Origin: Dehalococcoidales bacterium
GTDB taxonomy: Bacteria > Chloroflexota > Dehalococcoidia > Dehalococcoidales > RBG-16-60-22
Length of the DNA stretch: 32,209 nucleotides
Direction of reading: 5' to 3'
NCBI GenBank assembly: GCA_046760985.1
Contig: JBHIFE010000002.1
Coordinates: forward strand, 1 to 32,209
Of the stretch, positions 16,190 through 25,321 are shown piece after piece. Under the pieces are notes generated by a model. It was not told the DNA's origin. It made no database searches and was given only the letters and a program-made list of their open reading frames with translations. A program made the translations under genes and the position numbers. Position 1 is the stretch's first letter, and every line of letters begins with the position of its first letter.

Positions 16190-17278
16190 ATGAAGAGGGT
16201 AATCAAAGTTGGAGCTGCTCAGATAGCACCAAAGTTCTTTGATAAGCAGCAAACTCTGGAAAAGGCTTGTCACTACATTGAGGAGGGAGGAAAGCTGGGA
16301 CTGGATCTCCTTGTTTTCCCCGAGGTTTATTTTTGCGGTTATCCCTTTTGGCGTGGGGGTGTCTCGGTGAAGCAATCAACCGAATTGGCAGCTAAAATGA
16401 TACGGTCGGCTATCCGATGGGATGGCGAGGAGGCTCAGCACCTGGCGAAAGTGGCGCGCAAAGCGAAGGTCAACTGTGTGATTGGCTGCAATGAGTTGTC
16501 CGACCAGCCAGGGAGCCTGACAATTTTCAACTCCTTGATAGTGCTCAATCGTGAAGGCAAAATTCTTGGTCGTCATCGCAAGCTGATGCCTACCCACTCG
16601 GAACGGGCTTACTGGGGCATGGGAGATGCCAGCGATATACGTGTTTTCGATTTGGATATTGGCAAGCTGGGCACAAGTATTTGCTACGAACACCACATGA
16701 CTCTTCTCCGTGCTGCCCTTGCCATCAAGGGGGAGGAAATTCACTGTGCTCTATGGCCGGGCTGGTGGACGGTAAATAAGCACCTTGGTGACAAATCAGC
16801 TCAGGTTGAGTCTAAGACGTGTGACCTTGAGACGGCAATCCGCCAGCATGCCGTTGAAAACCAGGTGTTTGTTGTCAGTTCAAGCTGGTTTCTCAAGCCG
16901 GAAGATATTCCCAACGAGTTGAGAGAGGTGATGAAGTTCAATCTTGCCATTGGGGGTAGTTGTATTGTTAACCCCGCTGGGCTGATTATTGAAGGACCGG
17001 TGTTTGGGCGTGAGGCAATTGTATATGCTGAGATTGACCTCTCAGAACGGGAGCTAGCTAAGGTGTATCTTGACGGGGTTGGACATTACTCACGACCGGA
17101 CCTATTGACGCTGAACATTCGTGACGAGGCATGGTCACCGACCAGACCCCAGAAACTGGGAAGTGCCGATTTAGATGCCAAGCGTGCTCAGCAACTTCTA
17201 GACCTCATGGAGCGTTATAACCTTACTCCGACTGAACTTGAGAAGATTCTGGAAAGCCATCTAGGTACTTCAGAGTAA
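16190..17278 (+). CDS. Carbon-nitrogen hydrolase, nitrilase branch.
   Basis: 362 aa with the Glu-Lys-Cys triad in context: LLVFPE, HRKLMP and SICYEHHM (CWEH-like). It has a C-terminal tail of about 50 aa. The start is 11 nt after the upstream stop, with SD GGAGGA. Confidence 0.85.
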   Translation: MKRVIKVGAAQIAPKFFDKQQTLEKACHYIEEGGKLGLDLLVFPEVYFCGYPFWRGGVSVKQSTELAAKMIRSAIRWDGEEAQHLAKVARKAKVNCVIGCNELSDQPGSLTIFNSLIVLNREGKILGRHRKLMPTHSERAYWGMGDASDIRVFDLDIGKLGTSICYEHHMTLLRAALAIKGEEIHCALWPGWWTVNKHLGDKSAQVESKTCDLETAIRQHAVENQVFVVSSSWFLKPEDIPNELREVMKFNLAIGGSCIVNPAGLIIEGPVFGREAIVYAEIDLSERELAKVYLDGVGHYSRPDLLTLNIRDEAWSPTRPQKLGSADLDAKRAQQLLDLMERYNLTPTELEKILESHLGTSE

Positions 17279-17299
17279 TTTAGGCATCCCTATTCTCAG

Positions 17300-18406
17300 T
17301 TAGTAGTCGCTACCTAGCAGGTGGATATTGCCCAACCTCACTCTTTTCAGCCCCTGTGCCTTGGCTGCCGCTAAGCACTCCTGAGCATGTCTTTGTGAAG
17401 TAGATGGTAAATCGTTCATCATAAATTGGGGGTAGAAGGCAAGGAGAGCGTAAGGGATATTAGGGTTAAGGGAGGCAATAAAGGCAGCAATACCGGAGAT
17501 TTCCTTCTTATCTATATATCCGGGGACGAGTAAAGTGCTGGCAACCAAGAAGGGAGGTGAGGGTCTTCTCTTAATATACTCGGCTAGGAGCCGAAAATTT
17601 TCCAGCGTTCTTTTATTGCTTACGCCACAAAGGGCAATGTGTAGCTCCTCACTCCAGGCTTTCAGGTCAAACTTGATGCAGCCACCGGAATCCAGGGAGA
17701 GTTCAGCCGCCTGTCTTAATAATGCCGGATGCATTGAGCCGTTTGTTTCCCAGCAGATGCGCAGGATTCTGTCGCTGTTCCTCTCTAAAGCTAGTCGGGA
17801 GGCACGGAGAGCGTGAGGCAATTGTGGTGTCGGGTCACCGCCAAAGTAACATATACAGGCAGTACGGGCATCAACTGCTTGAGCTAACTCCAGGGCACTA
17901 ACCCTGCTTTCCTTCGTTGCTGAGTAGCGGTAATGCCAGTTCTGGCAGAACAGACAATCAAAGGAGCAAGCCTGATAGAAAACAGCCAGATTTTTGTAGC
18001 CATACTCAGCTTGCTGAGAGTAGGCAAACCGGGGATAACCGACTCCAGTGCCACCGGGGCAGACCCAATCAGCTACACAGTTAGTCGGCAGAGCATCATA
18101 ATACCAGCTGACATTACCTTTCTCAGCAGTCGCCCCCGTTAGCTTATTTCCCTCATTGAGGCGTAGTCCGCAATAGCTCCTCACTCCGGGGGCGAGCCGG
18201 CACTCGTTTATACAGAGGTGGCACTTACGTCCCGGTTCAACTTTAGGCGGCTGATAGGGGAGGTCAAATAGCTTCCTGGCTCGGCGGTGGGCTTTGTCAA
18301 TAAGAGGTAGCACCTTTGGGAAGTCGCTTCGGATACAATCCACGCACAGCCCGAGGGCTTGGGAAATAAGAGGTGACTCCTTGCCACAATGTTGGCAATT
18401 GGTCAT
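17300..18406 (-). CDS. Radical SAM enzyme, PflA/AmrS (COG1180)-like, with an N-terminal zinc ribbon.
   Basis: 368 aa with the CxxxCxxC motif CSFDCLFCQNWHY. N-terminal Cys motifs are CQHC...CVDC and CHLCINEC...YCG. A WETNG motif is also present. It lies 30 nt downstream of glxR on the same strand. Confidence 0.8.
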   Translation of the reverse strand: MTNCQHCGKESPLISQALGLCVDCIRSDFPKVLPLIDKAHRRARKLFDLPYQPPKVEPGRKCHLCINECRLAPGVRSYCGLRLNEGNKLTGATAEKGNVSWYYDALPTNCVADWVCPGGTGVGYPRFAYSQQAEYGYKNLAVFYQACSFDCLFCQNWHYRYSATKESRVSALELAQAVDARTACICYFGGDPTPQLPHALRASRLALERNSDRILRICWETNGSMHPALLRQAAELSLDSGGCIKFDLKAWSEELHIALCGVSNKRTLENFRLLAEYIKRRPSPPFLVASTLLVPGYIDKKEISGIAAFIASLNPNIPYALLAFYPQFMMNDLPSTSQRHAQECLAAAKAQGLKRVRLGNIHLLGSDY

Positions 18407-18436
18407 AGTTATTGTTCCTGAGATGTGAGTAGCTAT

Positions 18437-19324
18437 CTATCCGCTGATCTTGTGATTAGCCAGTGTTTCTAGCGCCAGCACCATGGCAGAATGGTCTAGG
18501 TCACTACCACCTTGGGCGGCAACTGCATTAAATAATTCTTGGGCGGTGGCGGTGTTAGGCAGGCTTAACCCCAAGTTGCGTGCTGCTTGCAAAGCTAGGT
18601 TCAGGTCTTTTTGGTGTAACCGGATGCGAAAACCGGGGTCAAAGCTCCGCCCAATCATTCGTTCTCCGTGCAATTCCAAAATCCGACTTTGGGCAAATCC
18701 TCCAAGCAGTGCTTCCCTTACTTTTCTTGGATCAGCTCCTGCTTTAGAGGCGAATAAAAGAGCTTCCCCAACCGCCTCAATGGTCAGAGCGACTACAATC
18801 TGGTTAGCTACCTTACAAGTTTGACCAGCCCCATTATCACCAATATAAACTATGTTCTTACCCATAAGTTCAAAGTAGGGTTTAATTTGCTCAAACACCT
18901 CAGGCTCACCCCCCACCATAATGGAAAGGGTGGCTTTTTCCGCACCCACCTGACCACCGGAGACCGGGGCATCAAGCATTTTAACCTGCAGAGCGGCAAG
19001 TCTTTTAGCAAATTCCTTGGTGGCAATGGGAGAGATGGAACTCATATCTACCACGATAGAACCTGGACTAACGCCGTCGGCTACACCATCCTGACCGAAT
19101 AAGACTATCTCAACATCGGGCGTGTCTTGAACCATAATGAAGATTACATCGGATTCTTGGGCTACTTCCCGAGAGCAGCTACACCCCGCAGCACCGATGG
19201 CACACAGCGCCCTAACCGGTTCCGGGTTTAAGTCACAGACATGGACAGTGTGCCCAGCAGCTACCAGGTGACTAGCCATTGGCTTGCCCATTATTCCTAA
19301 TCCGATAAATCCAAGTCTTGCCAT
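18437..19324 (-). CDS. glxR: 2-hydroxy-3-oxopropionate (tartronate semialdehyde) reductase.
   Basis: 295 aa, near-colinear with E. coli GlxR/GarR as I recall it: GFIGLGIMGKPMA, DAPVSGG..GA...LSIMVGG, GQTCKVANQI, GFRIRLHQKDLNLAL. The ATG overlaps the hyi stop (TAATG). Confidence 0.9.
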   Translation of the reverse strand: MARLGFIGLGIMGKPMASHLVAAGHTVHVCDLNPEPVRALCAIGAAGCSCSREVAQESDVIFIMVQDTPDVEIVLFGQDGVADGVSPGSIVVDMSSISPIATKEFAKRLAALQVKMLDAPVSGGQVGAEKATLSIMVGGEPEVFEQIKPYFELMGKNIVYIGDNGAGQTCKVANQIVVALTIEAVGEALLFASKAGADPRKVREALLGGFAQSRILELHGERMIGRSFDPGFRIRLHQKDLNLALQAARNLGLSLPNTATAQELFNAVAAQGGSDLDHSAMVLALETLANHKISG

Positions 19325-20115
19325 TATTTTCCTCCTTCTTTAAGATAAGGTTTGACCCATTCCAGACCGTCTTCGGTCACGCCAGCCGGCTTGTACTCAC
19401 ACCCAATCCAACCCCCATATCCTGCCTCATCAATGGAGCGGAGTAGGTTGGGGAAGTTAATTTCGCCAGTTCCTGGCTCATGTCGTCCTGGATTATCCCC
19501 CAGCTGAATGTGCCCGATATGAGCCAGATTATCCAGAATGGTTCTAGTCAGATTACCTTCCATGATTTGCATATGATAGATGTCATATTGAAGCCAGAGG
19601 TTGGGGTGATTGACTTCCTCAATTAACCGGAGCACATCTTGGGTATGGGTTAGATAAAATCCGGGAAAATCGTGGTTATTTAGGGCTTCAACCAATAAGA
19701 TAATGCCTTCTTTTTCTAGGGCGGTGGCGGCAAACCGAAGGTTATCCACCAGCGTCTGGCGGACTTTCTCGGCTGGCACCTCCTTTGGAGTTAATCCAGC
19801 AATACAGTTCAGGCGAGGACATCGCAAAGCTCTAGCATACTCAATAGCTAACCTCACGCCCTCTTGGAATTCTCCCACTCGTTCTGGTAAGCAGGCGATA
19901 CCACGGTCTCCGGCAGCCCAGTTACCAGCCGGCAGATTGTGCAATACCATTTCAAGACCGTGCCTGTCCAGCTTCTCTGCCAAATCATTCTTATCCCATT
20001 GATAAGGGAACAGGCATTCAACTCCCTTGAAACCGGCTCTAGATGCCCGCTCAAAACGCTCCAGAAAATCAACCTCATTAAACATCCAGGTTAAATTAGC
20101 GCTGAATCTGAGCAT
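19324..20115 (-). CDS. hyi: Hydroxypyruvate isomerase.
   Basis: The N-terminus MLRFSANLTWMF matches E. coli Hyi (MLRFSANLSMLF). Other motifs are YDIYHMQIMEG and GCEYKP. I prefer ATG 20115, with SD GGAGGA 5 nt upstream, over the ORF-track start at 20151. Confidence 0.9.
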   Translation of the reverse strand: MLRFSANLTWMFNEVDFLERFERASRAGFKGVECLFPYQWDKNDLAEKLDRHGLEMVLHNLPAGNWAAGDRGIACLPERVGEFQEGVRLAIEYARALRCPRLNCIAGLTPKEVPAEKVRQTLVDNLRFAATALEKEGIILLVEALNNHDFPGFYLTHTQDVLRLIEEVNHPNLWLQYDIYHMQIMEGNLTRTILDNLAHIGHIQLGDNPGRHEPGTGEINFPNLLRSIDEAGYGGWIGCEYKPAGVTEDGLEWVKPYLKEGGK

Positions 20116-20206
20116 AACATTCCTCCTCAAAGGCAGAAGTGTAATCGCCAAATGTGATTTGTATTCTTTGGCTCACTTAGTATAAAGATTGTCCCAAATT
20201 CTGTTA

Positions 20207-20217
20207 TTGACTGTCAA
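20207..20217. promoter_or_regulatory. Palindrome TTGACTGTCAA in the hyi / ABC-transporter divergent intergenic region.
   Basis: Read directly. It extends imperfectly to 20203-20223. Its half-site resembles the TTGACAATTGTCAA palindrome at 9035. Confidence 0.3.
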
Positions 20218-20378
20218 CAAGAAGTCCTCGGGTGGTTAAAAAGTGTGCGTCTGCTATTGCCGTTGATTTGCATTATTCTTAGATACGAATCATAATGTTA
20301 ATAATAGGAGGAATAGCCGACTGCCATAGTAATGAGCTAAATATTTGGGATAGCTAATCCTGAGGGAGGAGGCTGAAA

Positions 20379-22211
20379 ATGAAGGGATTTACTATTTTCG
20401 TCGTATTACTGCTCATGTTCACGGTTGGCTGTGCCGCTCCGGCACCCGCCCCAGCGCCAGCACCGTCCCCGGCACCTGAGCCAGCTCCAGCGCCAGCGCC
20501 GTCCCCGGCACCTGAGCCAGTGCCAGCACCAGCGCCACCACCAGCACCAAAACTCTACCCTGAGGTAAAGGGAACTTTCATAGAAGGGGTCTCGGCGGGA
20601 GACGCTGAAACCTTGAACTGGATTCTAGCTGCTGACGCTGCTTCATTCTCCTATGCCGGGCAAACCATAGGTAGCCTTGCCACTTATGATAATGACTGGA
20701 ATGTAGTTTTGCGCCACTTGGCTAAGCCGGTGGAGGTCTCCGAAGATGGGCTGACTTACACTATCACCATTAGGGACGATCTCAGGTGGAGCGATGGCAC
20801 CCAAGTCACCGCTGAGGACTATGTCTATACCTTGAAGAACCTCATGTTCTCCGACTGGCTCAACTATACCTACAAAACTGACTGGCAAGAAGAAGTTGAG
20901 GGTGAGACGGTATTTGTTGAGGCTGAGGTAGTCAATGAGACAACCTTTATCATAAGAAGACAGACCGTTGACCCTGAATTTGTAGATAATGCTATTTATT
21001 CGCTGACCCCCTATCCCAAGCATATTGCCATCAAATATGAGGGTGATATAAAGGCATTCACTGAAGCTGAGGAATTCAACAACCTGACCTATACTGGAAA
21101 TTTGGGTCCATACAAATTTAAGGAGTGGGTCAGAAATGATAAGTATGTCGTGGAGCGTAACCCGGACTTTTATCTGGGTCAAGATACTGGAGCCCCTTAT
21201 TTTGAGCAGTATATAACCAAGCTTCTCGGGACACCGGCGGCGGTTCATGCTGCCCTGGAAGCGGGAGACATTACTTATGCTGGAATAGACCCAGAGCAAG
21301 TAGCCAAGTTCAAAGAGATGGAAAACATAAAGGTCTATACCGTGCCCACCCGTGGCTATCAACTGATAAACTATAACCTGCGAAAGAACGGGTGGGAAGG
21401 GCTTAAAGATAAGAAGGTAAGGCAGGCTTTGTCCATGTCGATAAACAAACAAGCTGTGATTGACTCCATACTCCTCGGCTTTGGTGACCCGGCTTTCAGC
21501 TTTATTCCTAAGCCCTCTCCGTGGTATACCGAGGAGGGAGTGCCAAAGTATGGCTATGGATCGCTGTATGATAGAGAAAAGGCGCAGCAGATGCTCTTTG
21601 AAGCTGGCTACGGCGTCAAAGAGCCGGATGGAACTATATCGGTTCAGGACAAGGATGGCAAGCCAATCAAGCTTACTCTGGTCACCAACTCAGGCAACAA
21701 GCTGCGAGAAGACATCGCTTTTCTGGTAAAGCAGGAACTAGCTGATATTGGCATAGAGGTAGATATCAAGCTGATCCCCTGGGCGACTCTCCTTAGACAA
21801 TACATGATGAATAAGGTTCCCGGCACAGACCAAGAGCCCAGATACAACAATGGTCCTGATGCGGTGAGCGAAAACTCCTGGGACTTGATGGTAATGGGGT
21901 TCAACACCCATCCTATCGCCCCCTCCGGTTCAAGGGTATTCTTCGCAACTGACGGAGGGCTGAACTTCTGGGGATACTCTAATGAAAGGGTGGACGAGCT
22001 TTTCGTGCGGGTTAGGTCAAAGGAAGCACTGGACAAGGAAGTGCGCAAAAAAATGTATGCTGAGATAAGCCAGATAATAGCTGAAGACCAACCGGCTGAT
22101 TTCCTTTCTTTCCCCAGGGGTAATCACGGTTTTCAGGCTAATGTGGAAGGAATTGATCCCGGGATGAGGCTGGGTTGGAACTACCATGAATGGTATTTTG
22201 CTGAACCATAG
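20379..22211 (+). CDS. ABC transporter substrate-binding lipoprotein, family 5 (oligopeptide/dipeptide/nickel type).
   Basis: 610 aa with a signal peptide ending in the lipobox-like TVGC, a 40-aa Pro/Ala tether, and then an SBP_bac_5-like body. SD GGGAGGAGG. Confidence 0.88.
   Translation: MKGFTIFVVLLLMFTVGCAAPAPAPAPAPSPAPEPAPAPAPSPAPEPVPAPAPPPAPKLYPEVKGTFIEGVSAGDAETLNWILAADAASFSYAGQTIGSLATYDNDWNVVLRHLAKPVEVSEDGLTYTITIRDDLRWSDGTQVTAEDYVYTLKNLMFSDWLNYTYKTDWQEEVEGETVFVEAEVVNETTFIIRRQTVDPEFVDNAIYSLTPYPKHIAIKYEGDIKAFTEAEEFNNLTYTGNLGPYKFKEWVRNDKYVVERNPDFYLGQDTGAPYFEQYITKLLGTPAAVHAALEAGDITYAGIDPEQVAKFKEMENIKVYTVPTRGYQLINYNLRKNGWEGLKDKKVRQALSMSINKQAVIDSILLGFGDPAFSFIPKPSPWYTEEGVPKYGYGSLYDREKAQQMLFEAGYGVKEPDGTISVQDKDGKPIKLTLVTNSGNKLREDIAFLVKQELADIGIEVDIKLIPWATLLRQYMMNKVPGTDQEPRYNNGPDAVSENSWDLMVMGFNTHPIAPSGSRVFFATDGGLNFWGYSNERVDELFVRVRSKEALDKEVRKKMYAEISQIIAEDQPADFLSFPRGNHGFQANVEGIDPGMRLGWNYHEWYFAEP
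20451..20520 (+). repeat. Two copies of a 36-bp in-frame tandem repeat inside the Pro/Ala tether.
   Basis: CCAGCGCCAGC(A/G)CCGTCCCCGGCACCTGAGCCAG occurs at 20451-20484 and 20487-20520, with 1 mismatch. Confidence 0.9.
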
Positions 22212-22234
22212 TTTCTTTCTGACGGAGCAGGTCT

Positions 22235-23212
22235 TTGAAACGGGGTGGATTGCAGAATTACATCATCAGAAGGCTTATCTATGCTGTTCTCATCGCCTTT
22301 GGTGTTGTTACCATTACTTTTATCCTGCTACGGGTGGGACCCACTTCTCCAGCCGATAAGTATCTGGCAAATATGTCTGCCAGAACGCAGGATCCGGCTC
22401 AAGTAGTAGCTGCCATTGAAGCCAGATATGGTCTGGATAAGCCAATATATGAACAGTACCTAAACTATGTGATCAATCTGGCTCGCGGCGACTGGGGGTG
22501 GTCGTTCAGCACCTCCATGCCGGTGATAAAGCTAATTCAACGGCACTGGGTTTACTCTTTCCAACTTATCCTCCTGAGCATGCTGTTCTCCGCTAGCTTG
22601 GGCATCTTGATCGGCATTTACTCGGCGATAAGGCAATATACTAGGACTGATTATCTGGCTACCTTCTTCTCCTTCATCGGCATCTCCATTCCCAATTTCT
22701 GGCTGGGCATAATGCTGATCCTGGTGTTCTCGGTGCAACTGGGCTGGTTTAAAACCTACTACGATACCAGTTTGCCGATGTTTTCTCTGGCTAATTTAAA
22801 AGCCCTCATCTTGCCAGTTGTTACCTTAGGCACCGGGATGATGGCTGGCTATACCAGATACGCCAGGTCAGCTACCCTGGATAATTTAAGGAAAGATTTT
22901 GTTAGAACAGCTAGGGCTAAGGGTCTGCCTGAGAGAGTGGTCATCGGTAAGCACGTCTTTAGAAATGCCATTCTGCCCATCATTACCATAATAATGTTTG
23001 ACCTAAGCGGTGTCGTCTTTGGTGGCGCCTATCTGACCGAGATTATCTTCGGCATACCCGGGCTGGGAAGGATATCCTTTAATGCCATCTTTGCTCAGGA
23101 CTATCCGGTTGTGGTGACGATAACCCTTATTGGAGCTATGGTGATACTCCTCACCAACCTGGCTACCGATATCGCATACACCTGGCTAGACCCCAGAATA
23201 CGGTATGAGTGA
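22235..23212 (+). CDS. ABC transporter permease (OppB/DppB-like).
   Basis: 325 aa and multi-TM, with the N-terminus YIIRRLIYAVLIAF and EAA-like loop region YTRYARSATLDNLRKDFVRTARAKGL. TTG start with GGAG upstream. Confidence 0.88.
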   Translation: MKRGGLQNYIIRRLIYAVLIAFGVVTITFILLRVGPTSPADKYLANMSARTQDPAQVVAAIEARYGLDKPIYEQYLNYVINLARGDWGWSFSTSMPVIKLIQRHWVYSFQLILLSMLFSASLGILIGIYSAIRQYTRTDYLATFFSFIGISIPNFWLGIMLILVFSVQLGWFKTYYDTSLPMFSLANLKALILPVVTLGTGMMAGYTRYARSATLDNLRKDFVRTARAKGLPERVVIGKHVFRNAILPIITIIMFDLSGVVFGGAYLTEIIFGIPGLGRISFNAIFAQDYPVVVTITLIGAMVILLTNLATDIAYTWLDPRIRYE

Positions 23213-23223
23213 GAGGCACGGTG

Positions 23224-24318
23224 ATGGGGCAGGTTAGCAGTAAAGTCGGTGGAATGAGGAACTTAGTATTTATCGGTGCGCTTCTGGTTCTGAGTCTAAT
23301 CCTTCTGATGGATATTTATCTGGTTGACCGGATTCTTGAGCCTTTGGGATACTTCTACGTATTTTTTGCCCTTCTCATCGTCTTCTACGGGCTATACCCG
23401 CTGTATGTTAATAGACGGTTGACCAGATATTACTGGGGGAGAACCAAAAGGCACCGGCTCTCCGTCTTTGGGCTAGCCTTTATAGTATTTTTAATCGTAG
23501 TCGCCCTTGTTGGTCCCTTTTTAACCCAAGACCCTACCAAGGTTAACTTTCAGGAGAAAAACCTGCCCCCAGTGGGCTTTGCCATTGAGCAATCAGTATA
23601 TGACCTGAAGACGGGAGAATTCGTGACCAGGGAGACCCCGGGCACTTGGCAGCATATCTTAGGCACTGATGACAAAGGTAGAGATATGCTGGCTATGCTC
23701 GTTTCCGGCGCCAGAGTATCATTGCAGGTTGGTTTTCTAGCCGTCCTCATAGCGATATTTATCGGCACAGTCATGGGGGTGCTATCTGCCTACTTAGGCG
23801 GCGTGGCGGACATGGCTCTAATGAGATTCACTGACGTAATGATGACCTTCCCTTTCTTCCTACTGCTGGTATTCATTATTTTCATCTTCGGACCGTCTTT
23901 AGTCTTCATCATCCTGGCGATAGGACTCACCGGCTGGACGGGAACAGCCAGGCTGGTCAGGAGTGAGGCTTTGTCTCTCAGAACTAGAGAATTTATCATG
24001 GCGTCTAAATCCTTAGGAGCAAGCGACAACCGAATCATATTCCGTCACCTTATACCAAATGTCCTAAGCTCTATTATTGTCATCGCTACCCTATCTGTGC
24101 CAGCGGTCATCTTGGCTGAAGCAGCCCTGAGTTTTATCGGGTTGGGTGACCCTACCGTTACCAGCTGGGGGGTGGTCTTGCATGCCGGTCAGCGCAGTTT
24201 GGATACCGCCTGGTGGGTAGCTGTAGAGCCGGGGATTATGCTTTTTTTGACCGTTTTAGCCTTTAATTTTCTGGGGGACGGTATTAGAGACGCCTTTGAT
24301 CCCAGGAGTCAGCTTTAG
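23224..24318 (+). CDS. ABC transporter permease (OppC/DppC-like) with an extended N-terminus.
   Basis: Multi-TM with TGWTGTARLVRSEALSLRTREFIMASKSLGAS. I prefer ATG 23224, with SD GAGAGG 7 nt upstream. The ORF-track alternative is GTG 23209, which overlaps the upstream stop. Confidence 0.85.
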   Translation: MGQVSSKVGGMRNLVFIGALLVLSLILLMDIYLVDRILEPLGYFYVFFALLIVFYGLYPLYVNRRLTRYYWGRTKRHRLSVFGLAFIVFLIVVALVGPFLTQDPTKVNFQEKNLPPVGFAIEQSVYDLKTGEFVTRETPGTWQHILGTDDKGRDMLAMLVSGARVSLQVGFLAVLIAIFIGTVMGVLSAYLGGVADMALMRFTDVMMTFPFFLLLVFIIFIFGPSLVFIILAIGLTGWTGTARLVRSEALSLRTREFIMASKSLGASDNRIIFRHLIPNVLSSIIVIATLSVPAVILAEAALSFIGLGDPTVTSWGVVLHAGQRSLDTAWWVAVEPGIMLFLTVLAFNFLGDGIRDAFDPRSQL

Positions 24319-24325
24319 GAGTCGT

Positions 24326-25294
24326 ATGAACAATACCTTATTACAGATTAAGCACCTGAAGACTTACTTTTTCACCCGCAGTGGGGTGGTAAAGGCGGTT
24401 GATGATATTAATTTTGCTCTTAGGAAGGGGGAGAGCCTATGTTTAGTAGGTGAGTCAGGATGCGGTAAGTCAACTGCCGCACTATCAATTTTACGCTTGA
24501 TTGATAGCCCCCCGGGTAGAATAATTGACGGGGAGATCCTATATCACAATGAAGACTTGCTACACTGCTCCGGTGGGAGGCTCAGACAAATCCGTGGCAA
24601 TAGGATAGCTATGATATTTCAAGACCCCCAGTCTTCGCTAAATCCCGTGTTCACCGTTGGCGACCAGATAGCCGAACAGATAAAGCTCCATCTCAGGTTA
24701 AAGCCCAAAGCGGCTATGGAGAGAACCTTACAGCTAATGAAACGAGTGGGCATTCCCCAGGCGAGGGAGAGAATGAAGGACTATCCACACCAGTTCTCTG
24801 GTGGTATGAAGCAAAGAGTAATGATAGCGGCTGCCCTTTCCTGTGAGCCTGAGATTCTTATCGCTGATGAGCCTACTACTGCCCTTGACACAACCATAAA
24901 GACTCAGATTTTGGATATCTTCCGAGATCTAAAGCAAAAAAGGAATATGTCTATCCTATTTATAACGCACGACCTAGGTACAGTAGCCGGGATTGCTGAC
25001 CGGATTGTAGTGATGTATGGCGGAAGGGTAGCCGAAGCTGGTACCGCGCTTGATATATTTGACCAACCCAAGCATCCTTACACTCTCGGGTTAATTAATT
25101 GCCTGCCTAATATCTCAACTAAAAGGGATAGACTAACACCTATCCCGGGAATGATACCCAGCTTAATTGACCCTCCTGAAGGCTGTATCTTCCATCCCCG
25201 CTGTGAGTGGCGGATGCCAATCTGCACCCGGGAGAGACCAAAGGAGATTGTAATCTCTGGAGAGCATATTGTAGCTTGCTACTTGTATTCATAG
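24326..25294 (+). CDS. ABC transporter ATP-binding protein (OppD/DppD-like).
   Basis: Walker [10 protein letters not shown], signature FSGGMKQR, Walker [12 protein letters not shown], and a C-terminal oligopeptide-type Cys motif. I prefer ATG 24326, with SD AGGAG, over 24296. Confidence 0.9.
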   Translation: MNNTLLQIKHLKTYFFTRSGVVKAVDDINFALRKGESLCLVGESGCGKSTAALSILRLIDSPPGRIIDGEILYHNEDLLHCSGGRLRQIRGNRIAMIFQDPQSSLNPVFTVGDQIAEQIKLHLRLKPKAAMERTLQLMKRVGIPQARERMKDYPHQFSGGMKQRVMIAAALSCEPEILIADEPTTALDTTIKTQILDIFRDLKQKRNMSILFITHDLGTVAGIADRIVVMYGGRVAEAGTALDIFDQPKHPYTLGLINCLPNISTKRDRLTPIPGMIPSLIDPPEGCIFHPRCEWRMPICTRERPKEIVISGEHIVACYLYS

Positions 25295-25321
25295 TTGGCT
25301 AGGTTGGAAGGATATCGTGAA

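Noticed and set aside
20643-21452. A 269-aa ORF antisense to the ABC substrate-binding protein gene.
   Set aside because: It lies entirely within and opposite a confidently identified gene. Its translation is low-complexity with no recognisable motif, and it has no SD. Such shadow ORFs are common opposite real genes.
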